Shown here in pieces: positions 11,398 through 21,700 of a DNA stretch of 32,991 nucleotides (position 1 is the stretch's first letter; each line of letters opens with the position of its first letter). Under the pieces are notes generated by a model that saw nothing but the letters and a program-made list of their open reading frames with translations, ran no database searches and had not been told where the DNA came from. The position numbers were made by a program, and so were the translations under genes. Location of the stretch: positions 1 through 32,991 of the forward strand of contig FLMG01000825.1 of assembly GCA_900088475.1 (NCBI GenBank). The letters run 5' to 3'. The stretch comes from Hyphochytrium catenoides. Lineage: Eukaryota > Protista > Hyphochytriomycota.

Positions 11398-12239
11398 GTC
11401 CCCTGCGTTCAACATGGAGGTTCCTGTTGACAGGGACTGGATCGTCATTGTTTGACGTCTATCTGCCTTTTTAACATCAGTGTTCGCTCGCTTCACACAA
11501 GCCATACTTTTGTCGCAATATCAGCCTATGACCTTCTCTGTCGGTACTACTTGACACCGGCGGCAGTGAACGTTGATGGAAGGTGTAAGTAAGGTGGTGG
11601 TTTTCGTACGCATTAACTTCCAGTCGATCTGCGACAACCGCCACGTGTCTTGACTAATAACGTAGGGCCGTTCCTTTTGGCATCACTAAGTCTGAAAGCA
11701 TGAATGATCATCAGTCTCCTCTTCCTAACCGTCAGGCTAAGTCTAACGGCCCTTCACGTGAAGGAACGACTCTGATTTCTTTCCGTTGACGGCGGTTTGC
11801 ACCAGCTAGTCTAGAAGCCATAATTATCAGGTGGACGAGCTGTATGAAGCCGCAATGCAGTTCGTAGAGTCCTTCTATCCGATCGTTCCTCTAGCCCTAG
11901 TAACTATCTAAGCATTATTGCCGAGAACTGCCTAGTGAGAGTCTGGCCTCTGCGGCTACTAGGGACTTGAAAGTTGAAAGGTACTGTCAGTACGTATGTG
12001 TCTCTTCTGTCTTACCATCTTACTCTTTCAAAGAGTTATGATCAGCAAAAGCCAGCAAATCATCAGCGCCGTGGTATCAATAAGCCCTAGATCGTCAGCC
12101 CCTTCTTACGGTTCTGCGGTGATTTGGAACCCAACAACTTGCCTGTGCTTGATTCTTCATATAACATTGTCTTTGTTCCTTCTACCTAAAGTACCGCCAA
12201 TAGACCAATAGCATCCTCTTGAGAGTCTCAGAAGATGCT
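11398..12239 (+). ncRNA. Candidate structured non-coding RNA of unknown family
   Basis: Series of 8-14 bp stems with G-U pairs on the + strand and no credible ORF (see findings). Confidence 0.35.
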
Positions 12240-12489
12240 GGATGATCCACAAGTAGCAGTGCTAGTAGGGTGATGGAGTCGACAGATACCTTACAAGCGA
12301 TCATCTCTTCAGAAGATTAGATGGATTGACTGCCGGCAACGTGGACAGGTTTATGGCTAGAACAGTCTTAGAGGCGTATGAGAATAGGAGTTAATGTGTA
12401 TGGAAGAGTTGCATTCTGTAAATATCACGCCAGGATTTAGGTAGTATTCCCAGATCCAGTTCTACACTGCCATCAGGCGTGGTCGCTGT

Positions 12490-15144
12490 TCACTTCTCCG
12501 TAGCTGGTTGTGGGAACAGTTGCTCTACGAAGCGGTTGGCCAGGATCCCATGAGGATCCACCACCCTGCAGAAAAGAACATTGTTCCACAAGAAAGGAAC
12601 TGTTAATCAAACGCAGCGAATCTCCAACAACCCATAGAACCGAGAGGTTCCAAACAACATGAACTAGGTAAAAGGAGGACGATAGCATAGAAGATGGAGG
12701 TACCAAGCAGAGAGAGAGAGAAAAGAAGCACCTTCGGATATCATTGTAAGCTGAAACCGGTAGAAGGTTGTGGTAGTACTGGCGGAAGGATTCTAGCTCC
12801 TCTGGGTCACTGGGGAGCTCAAGCTTGGCCCAGTGTACCTTCCCGTTATACTTCTTGGTTAGCTCCAAGAACACTTGAGAGTACCGCTGAAATCTACGCA
12901 AATAGAGTTAGCTTGAGGGGTAGAGAGCACAGTGGAGATAAAGAGACTGAGCGAGTTAGACTAAGTCCAATATCTTTAAGCAGGAGGGCTTATAGGGGTA
13001 GTAGGTAGGCCTCAAGACCACAGAGGTTTGCCATTCCACGCCCAAAAGTGAAAAGATGGAGCCAATGAATGAGACAAAGATAAGGCCAATGGGAGGACAA
13101 TGAAAGGGGCAGAACGAGAAAGAGCGGAGGAAGGTAATCCTGCGATAAAGGCTCACTCTCTGGTTATTTTCTGCCTCATTTCTTGATCTTCGGTAGGAAG
13201 ATACATTATGATTCCAACCCAGCTAAAGACCTCCGCCTCGTTGGAGGAAAAAGCAGGGGAGAGAGCGCTCGTACTCCGTGCTGTCCATCTCTGCTCTATA
13301 GGACCAGGAGCAGGGATCCTCCTTTTATTTATCTCGCCAAGAAGCTCTCGCACAAACTCAAGATCTTTGCCATTTGGCTCTTCAATCGTCCCCGTTGGAA
13401 TGGCAACCTCCAACACCCACTGCTCTCCTCCACAGTCAAAGCCTAGTATGCTATTGCTGTCTGCATACCTCTGAACTTGCGAGCCTCTCCAGAAAGAGAC
13501 TTCTGCTTTGTTAATCCTCTTGACGTGCTCCACTGATAGGGGCGAATGAGAAAGAAGAAGATCTCGATACCCAGTGAAGGTCAACTGCTCGACCGATGAG
13601 TGCTCAGGAAGTACCTCTGACAGCAGAGCCTTCATTTCTTCTAAAGCAGAGAGTGAAACCTCACCTTCGACACCTTCCTTCTCTCCATTGTAAGGGTTAC
13701 TTTCTACTACGATAACGTCGTTGGTGTAGGGATAGTAGAGGTACTTGACGTGTCTAGTAGAGGCGAGTCTCTCTGCGTGCTGCTTCTTTAACTCTTCGAG
13801 CGAGCATACGGAAGTCTTTTCTTCCAACTTATGCTGTGCGACACAGCGTAGTTTGAGACGTGTCACCACGCCTAAGGAGCCAAACGCACATTTCACGAAA
13901 GAGAAGTCTTCTTGACCTTCTCTCTCTCTCCCTGGGAGAAAAGGTTGATCTGCTGAGAGGACTACCTTCCCTAACGCAGGAGTAACCAGCTCTATCTCCA
14001 CAATCTGCTCTTCAATTGGAGAAATTGTTGCACCGGTGCCGTGGCAACCTGCTTGAGTCACACCTCCAAGCTGCTGTTCGAAGATTGAAGCTAGGTTCTC
14101 GAACGAAAGTCCTTGCTGGAGAAGCTCTCCCGCAACATTGCCCACCAGAGCGCCAGCCTGAAGACGAGCGTTGATATCTGATTAGCAAGGTTATGAGGTG
14201 GAAAAGCATGAGAAGAAGACAGAAAGCGAGAGGGAGATGGAATGCTCAATAAGGGAGAAGCAAATGGTGAGAGCGATGAGTGAAATGAAGAAATGAAGAG
14301 AAACATCGAGCCAAAGAGAGATAGAGAGGAGCTGAGAGGGGACAGAGAGAGAGAGAGGAAAGAGAGAAAGCGACCGGCAGAACACAGAGAGACATCGGAA
14401 GAGATAGAAGAGAGACATGTCGTCAGGAGAGGACTTGAAACCCACAAAAGGTGACAGAGGGAAGCCACGGAGAGAAGATGGACCAGAATGAACGCTAACA
14501 AGCCTCGGCTACGATGACAGAGGCTTCGCACCTGGACATCAACCAGCTTATTTTCTTTGTCTATGGAGATAACCTTGTCCAGCATGCCCAGGCCTAGCAT
14601 CCCATCCTCGGAGAAAGAGAGACCGTTTGGGGAGAGGCCGTTCCCAGAACATCGTAGCTTCTTTCTTTCCCTGTGTTTCCTAGCGACAAGGTCTTCCACT
14701 TCCTGAACGGAGTCTGGATAGTAGAGTTCCTTGGGGCGGACCGTATGCGTGCCAGACCAATTGATGAGAACTGTGTCTGTTTGCGTTTGCCTTCCCGCTT
14801 CGCTTGCTCCCTGATCCTCCCGCTTCTCCTCATCATTGGCTATCAGAGACTTTGGCTGTGGCTTGTCGAAAAAGGGTACAAAGTATGCGGCGCCAAGAAG
14901 AGCGGCTCCTGCTACGCCATAGCCCAATCGACTTCTCCAATCTGATACAAACAGAGAGCCAAGGGGCCAGTGAGAGGAGTTGTTCTGGTTGCAATCATAT
15001 CGTCTTGAGGTTACCTGGTGCTTTTCTCTTGATTCCAGCGACCTGATAGCTGAGACATCTGCAGCCTGGATTCTCCACCTCCAGACGGTTTTTACACGCG
15101 AAAGAGCGAGAGGTGGAGCCCCACCAGCCTCGTATGGACCGCAT
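12490..15144 (-). CDS. GLDH: L-galactono-1,4-lactone dehydrogenase, mitochondrial (~592 aa)
   Basis: Exons 15144-15015, 14941-14532, 14157-13157, 12893-12732, 12565-12490, phase-consistent. Arg/Ser-rich presequence-like start MRSIRGWWGSTSRSF. Motifs: NWSGTH, GNGLSPNG, NLASIFEQQLGG, GCHGTGA, ILGFDCGGEQWV, IPAPGPIEQRW, FSWVGIIMYLP, HWAKLE, DPHGIL. Confidence 0.95.
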
Positions 15145-16139
15145 CGCCTTCGCCTCTGCAGCCTGCCGGTCTCCCACACTTTCCTTCAGGTGAACTGTCC
15201 AGGCGAATCCATCTACGCGCCTCTGTCGCTTCTGTGGGAGCTGCTGACAGGTCTTCTCGCAGGTCTTCCGCAGGCAGAGCAGGCGAAAGGATCTACTGCA
15301 TGTCGTTACAAGGCCCCAAAGTCTTCTAAGAATACGATGGCCGCTACTCCTGCTCCTCCCACTTATTAGATTCGGGAGCTACCATGGATATATTCGGCTT
15401 AAGAGCCGTTTGTATGAGAACTCATTCCGCGGCCCCCACTGCATTCGGCACAAAAAGATATTATAGGGTTCTGTCGGACACCCCCGGGAGCAGAGAATGT
15501 TGTTACATCAGAGCTGGACTCTGAAGATATCGTGGACGATGGTAAATGAAAGAACCTCGTCCATCAAGACAGATCGAGGACGGAGCTTTAGACAAGACCG
15601 CTTCAGCCTCAGCCTCCAGCTACGATGAGGCTACTCATCCAATGAAACTCAGAGAGAGAGAGAGAGAGTGAAAGATGCAAAACGATCTGGCGATGCGCGC
15701 CAAGAATAGGGCTAGCTAAGGCGTTAGAGCTTATAGTCCATCATCCAACTGACTTTCTTGGCAGGATAGAAAGCAGTTAATATCGTCTGCGGCGAAGGAC
15801 TAAGGGATGATACCCCTAGGGCACGCTTACCTGCCGCCACAGATGGATGGGGCTGAGCGGGTCTACCGTAAGTATCTTTTTATTAGACCTTACCGACGTA
15901 CTTCGCAACCTCCGCAACTGAACATCTATGCAACCCCTGAAGCTCTCTTTTAAGCTCTAGCGCTCAGATGATAAGAAACAGTCTGAAGCTATACGAAAAG
16001 AGAGCAAAGGACTCCCGAGCGCTTCCAAAGTGTAAAGCGGTCAAGAGCTGAAGTTTAAAAGGAGGAGAGGAGCCAGCAGGGCCACTAAAAGTGGCAAGGT
16101 GGCAAGAAGGGCGCGCAGAGTTCAAGAAAGCAGCAATAT

Positions 16140-17536
16140 TCAGTCTTCCGCGGCGGCTCGTCGAGTCAGTCCGCGGAGGATGCTATGTAGCCCATGCATA
16201 ATCGTATCTACTGGTAGTAAAGCCACCCGGTGCTGGGCAACGCTAGCGCCGCCCTCTGGGCCAGAGCCAGCCACGATGATGTCATACCGTGCCCGAGCAA
16301 TGACCTATCATAAAGGCAAGTGAAACGTGATAAGGCCCATCAGCAGGATTTGCATCGTAGGGGAGAAAACAATGAGAGGGGAAGACTTTCGCACATCCTA
16401 CCTCAAGGGCTGAGAGAGCACAAAGCGCAGTGAGGGCAGCTGGGCATGGAGATGAAGAAGGAGGAGGAGGTGGGAAAGATAAACATGAGCCGCTGCCTCT
16501 TTCACAGGCAGAGCAAGATAAGACAATCAGAGAGAGCAAAATGAGCAGGTAGTCGTGCATCCACCCCCACAGAACCAGAGGTCAAAGCTCTCACCTGATC
16601 AAGCACGAACGAGAAGAGCATAAAGAGGATTATCACGGCGGCGGCATAGCAGCCAAAAGTTGTGTCCTGGGGAATCTCTTCATCTGGATCCACCCCTCTC
16701 CCACCGTAGACAGCGTGGAAATAGCTCATTCGATGTTGTCGAGGCCTCTGTCTCCTTCTGGCCCCCATCTCGCGCTTTTCTCTCTCCCTATCCGCGCTTA
16801 ATCTACGAGACAGAAGGAGCTGATGGCTACGGCTTCGCTCGCTCCAGCGGCTGTCTAGGTTGTAAGTTTGACTTAAAATTTTCATTAAGACTGCGTTCGA
16901 AGCCATCAGGCTGATGTTTGCGCTGTCAAACGTTGCCCGACACAGCGGACACTCGCAACAGAGGGCAGGGCTGTTGGAATCCAGTCGTTTCAGAGTCTGG
17001 AACAAAGGAACGAGGCACTCTCTGCGGCGTTGGAAGGGGCCAACAAGAGAGCAACTGGGTTAGCGTGAGATGAGAACAAGTCCTCGACAAGCCATGATAC
17101 CGAGAGGACAACAAGGAGTCGGTGAAGTTGGAGACCCATCCCGGAGGTGGAGATGGAAGGCGCGACGGTAGACAGACTCTGGATTGGAGCATTCGAGAAA
17201 AGTAAAGACGGAGACGAAGCGGACAGTCTGCTTTTACCAGATAAGTGTCCGAGGGCAGGCAAGGGTTGCTCTCCCCGGGAGTCAAAGTCAAGAACCTCAT
17301 CACGACCAAACTCACCTGTCGAAACAGTGGCCACAAGGAAGCGAGACGGGAGACGTCAGAATCTCCAGACAAACGGCACATCGCAGATCTTCCTCCTCAA
17401 TGGAGGGAAGGGACAGCTTCATGCTGCCACTGGAACTCGGCCCTGCTGCTACCTCTCTCACAGCGATCGTGCTAGAGGGCGATACGACTTCGGGTCCAAC
17501 AGTTGGCATGCTCTCTTGATGCTTTTGGCCCTCCAT
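16140..17536 (-). CDS. RING-finger (C3HC4-like) protein with a C-terminal hydrophobic segment, putative membrane E3 ligase (~270 aa)
   Basis: Exons 17536-17316, 17021-16595, 16304-16140 in frame: CAVCLEILTSPVSLPCGHCFDR|ECL...CPLCR. Hydrophobic stretch CYAAAVIILFMLFSFVL. The last exon is less certain. Confidence 0.8.
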
Positions 17537-18222
17537 TCTTGTCTAGTAGCCTCCGTGCCAGAGGGGCGGCTCAAAGCATAGCTTGCCAGCTGCCTTAGAT
17601 GATCATTGCCACAAGAAGGACATCTCGGACGCCGCTTCTAACGATAAAGGACACCTTCTCCCAGGTACAATTCGTCCGGGCAGAGCCCAACAGTAAACGC
17701 AGCTCGTTTATGTCGGACACTCGTCAATGACTAGAGGTCGTGGCCACCGCACAGTGAGTCTCTGATGGAAAGCTTCAGATTGTCAGCACCGATCCCTATG
17801 TTTCCCAGTCTTCAGAAAGATAGACGCTGAAAGTCTCAAGCGCTCTGTCGCAGCGGCAGAATTCTCTTCGGGGTCCGTCATCGTCGAGCTCCTAATATAT
17901 GACAGAGATATACAGAGCTACCCCAGGGGCAGATGCCGTCGTGCTCTGGGCAGGTGAAGATTTATAAGAAGAACTTTCTTCTTCCCTTGTCATCGGGTTT
18001 CAAGAGTCGCTGATGACGGACTGACCGTGAGCTGAGCTCTGGATATCTCCGTGGGCCATAGAGATCAGTTTATGAAGGGAAGGGATGTCAGGAAGCTGTC
18101 TCTCTTGGTGTCTGCTCGGTGCAAGGGTAGTGTTCGGGCGACTGACTAAGAGAATAGAGGTAGTCTACGCGTGGGGAAGGAGGTAAAGTAGTGGTCTCTG
18201 GGAGTGCGAGACAACCGCCGCC

Positions 18223-18560
18223 GCAGAGCTATGTAGACTCTGCCCAGTCTTAATTGATAGTGCAGTGGTTATGCCCGGAAGTATGTGAAAGCCGTCATTG
18301 CACACTTCATGTTTGTTTGGGGTGTCTGAGCGTCATTTATCGCTCTTAACACTGACCAGACCCGAACAAACCTGATTTGGTCGTAGCTCCGATTGTGCGG
18401 GCGCCTTCCTCCGCCATGTGCGGTGGGAGACGACTCTCATCGTAAGATCTAGTTTCACACCAATCACTCTTTGCTTGTCTATCTTAAGCCAACCCATCAT
18501 GAAAGGGCGACAAGCCCCATCTGTTCACCGCATTGGGGTCCTCTCAATGCGGTGTGAATA
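18223..18560 (+). ncRNA. Candidate structured non-coding RNA of unknown family
   Basis: Consecutive hairpins with G-U pairs on the + strand and no ORF (see findings). Confidence 0.35.
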
Positions 18561-18784
18561 TTGAAGAGCAACCATCCTCAAGAATGAGAGACGTCACATT
18601 CCTTTAGGAAGCCTTATTTTCTTAGAGTTGTCTTGACGCATGAAGCTCTCTGAGTGAGCTTTGTAGGGAGAGAGGGCGTCTTTCTTCCCTCTAGGAAGCA
18701 AGAAAGGAGCCTTATCCACTTCATAAATAAACAGGGCTCGCTAGTGGTCTCCTACTCCTTCGTAGTGTGTCCCTTTTTCCCTAG

Positions 18785-21700
18785 TCAATAGCCTGAATAA
18801 GGCTGGCAATAAGGGACCGTCGTCTCGTCCCATCGGCAGAAGTAGCCCTCCCATAACCTGCAGGGTCAGACGCGGCAAAGGGGGAGAGCAGACATATGGA
18901 GATGGTGGAACAGAGTGTAAGAAGGAGATTGTATGAACGGGAACCGTGGAGACACACGCTGATGCGCTAGGAACAACGGGCCCTTCAAGCGACCAGGATG
19001 AGAGAACCAAGAGCATCATACTAGAACGACGTGACTTAAGAGAAGATAAAGCAACGTTACGCCTCCAAGAAGGACAGCCCGCGTAGTAAAGTCACTAGCA
19101 AGACGTATGCAGTAAAGCCCTACCGTCCCGACGCCTGGAGGAGCAGATGAAGAGGAGATGATAGAGCCCAGGTTGCCTTACCTAATATTCTTGCTCATAA
19201 GGTTAGGGAAGAGCGGCACCCTGGACATCTTGTACTCGTTACTTAGAAAGGGTGTAAGGTCCCTAGACAGAAACGACCAAACTGACGGGGCCGGGCGCCC
19301 GTTTTGAGCTCTGAAAGGAAGAGGTTTGTCAACAAGATGCTCACAAGCAAGGTAGATAGGCCTATTCTCTAAGAGAAAGCAAGAGAAGGGCGGTGCTTGC
19401 CTAGATACTGTCGGCATGGAGAAGTGTAAAGAGCAAGACAGAAAGGGAGAGGGAGGAAGGAGGCTTAGAAGAGGAGAGCAGTCGGTGACAGACAAGGAGC
19501 AGCCATTCACCACGGAGTTCAGAAAAAAGCAATTGTTTACGCCAGTTCAGAGAAGAGGAACAAAAGGTAGGGGTGTGAATACGTTCGCAAGGACCTGAGA
19601 CGGCGCAACAGACGGCGCGACAGCCAGTAAGGTATCTATGGCATGAGGTTGGTGTCGATGCCCATGTGTCGGAAAGAAGAATAAACAAGCCAACGCTGGA
19701 CAACAACCTACCGGGCGAACTCCGAGTTGAAGACAAAAGTTCCGAACTTGCAGGCAAACGTCTGATCTGCGAGGAAGAGGAGGAGGCGCTCGGAAAACTG
19801 GAATAGATGGGGAAACTGACGCTGTATCTGCCATACGCAGTCCAAAAAGAGGAGGAAAACTGGCGAAAACTCGTCAGAGGAGGAGGAGGAAGAGCTTGAA
19901 GATGACGAGAAAGAGGAAGATGACGAGAGGTGTCCGCTGCGGAGAGCAAACTGATGGCCGAAGCTGCACCAATCTTTCTCTACTAGGACCTAAGAGTTCA
20001 AAAGGGTAGTGTTAGCGAGGTATGATAGACTGCACGTGATAGGAAGGAACAGGACAGATGGCTCTACCCAAAAGAGGACGACAGGTAGGTAGCAGAGTAG
20101 CAGATAGCAGGAGAAAAAGAAGAAAAAGAGAAGGGTCATTTATCTGAGACATACGTTTGACATCCAGATAGAACGTCAGAGAGAGGAAGAAGGACAGAGA
20201 GAGATTGAAAGAAAGACAGAGAGAGACCATGAATCCTTCAACCGTGCGATAGTACGGATCGAGCATCAATTGCGCGAGAGAAACCATTTGAGCGGTTCTG
20301 TCCCAGCCATCACTGCAGTGTGTAAGCACTGACTCGCCGCGAGTCTCTAAGAGATCAGCCACTGCCGACGATGCCACCAGAACCTGCGAAAAAATTGTTA
20401 GGATCACAAGCCTTCAATAGACGACAATGGGTAGCGTGCTCTCTGACTGGACACAGAAGACTGTCGAACTAGTTCTTGGACAATGAGGATGCCAATAATA
20501 TGCGAGGGAGATCAATATTGACGGGTCGCGAAAGAAAGCAGGAGGTATGCGATAGAGTTGGAGAACAAGGACTAGCGGGACCCTATATTCATGAACCTAC
20601 ATTCCTGACATGCTTCAGCCATCCCGTGGTGTGCACCCTTAGGTAGAAGTCCTCCTGATGTTGCGCTTGAGGCTGTTATAGAAAAGAAGGACGAGGGAAT
20701 AAGGTCCGCTTTAGATGGCGCCAGCTAGAAGGTCTGGAGCCATGGATAGCAAGGACTCTCACCTGAAAGAGGGCTGTTAAGCCCTTGAAACTCTCCCTTA
20801 GAGCATGGATGTTGTCAATATTCATAAACATTATTCGAGATCCGGGATAGTTGGAAGGCGTCTCTGTGCCCTTCCCCATGGCTCTGTTTCCCACTGACGC
20901 AAGCTGGCTGCGAGCTGCTCAAGAGACACCACCACACATAAGTCAAGAAGTAGGAGAAAAGGAGCACTCTACGGGGCTAAGGAAGGAGAAACAGAGACAG
21001 AGATAACGCCTCCCGTTTCCGCAGCTGAGCTCAGCGAACAAGCGGAGCCAAAGGTTCAGATTACGGCAGTGTGCGAGTATAGAAAGGGCAAGAAGCAAGG
21101 AGGTCCAGGGTCCACTTTTTCACACGTTTTTGTCATAAGGTTGCTAACTTCTAGTTTACGTACCGTCAACGATGGCAAATTCTTTTCCCATGTTCCCTGC
21201 AGCTTTGAGAGTGAAAAGTACCAGTTCTTCGTCCTCCGTGCGTCTCTGTCCCTTCACCCCTACAAGGGGCTGAGCACTGCGCGCCAGCACCGCACCAGTT
21301 CGGGGGTGAACCCAGACAGCAACGGGGAAACGACCCAAAGAGCGGAACGTGGCAGACCGCTGAAGGTGGTTGTCCGTTGCCTGTTAATGAGTAGAGGAAG
21401 AATCTAAGAGGACATTTATGGTTCCATTGGGTCCACAGTGAGATTTCATTCTCAAAATTTTAGAAGCCATAAGAGAAGATTGACTATGGACACTCCCGTA
21501 GACAAGTCTAGAGCAAACATAGAGGGTGACAGAAGAGATAAATAGCAGAAGATTTGTGCATCTGGCCGAAAAGCAACGGTAGGAAGCGGTCTAGCATACA
21601 TATGCAGGCACAACGATTCGCCTTGGATATGTTCTGCACAGTTCAAAGCGCTGATCAAAAATCCTCCAGGAATCAGAAGCAGGCGATAGGAAACCAAGCC

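Noticed and set aside
11724-11900. Telomerase-template-like words CCTAACC (11724) and CTAGCCCTAG (11891)
   Set aside because: The first is too short and leaves no room for a pseudoknot. The second is sequestered in a predicted stem and implies an atypical repeat.
1918-15144. Ascorbate-synthesis gene near a 2OG-Fe(II) hydroxylase as a functional cluster
   Set aside because: They are 8 kb apart with an unrelated gene between; eukaryotic neighbourhood alone is not evidence.
14945-15179. GTG-initiated N-terminal extension of GLDH in the ORF track
   Set aside because: Better explained by ATG 15144 in another frame plus a canonical 73-nt intron (15014-14942).
18010-18035. Hammerhead-like CTGATGA followed by a short stem
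   Set aside because: Followed by TGAG rather than the required GAAA; no stems I/III found.
18319-18401. TPP riboswitch-like order of motifs (GGGGTG...CTGA...ACCC...AACCTGAT)
   Set aside because: Lacks the UGAGA element at the required position and the CGnAGG 3' strand; no thiamine gene adjacent.
18500-18560. RNase MRP CR-V-like ACAGATGGGGCTT on the - strand after a hairpin
   Set aside because: No GAAAGTCCCC-like CR-I partner found upstream, and G-U pairs favour the opposite strand.
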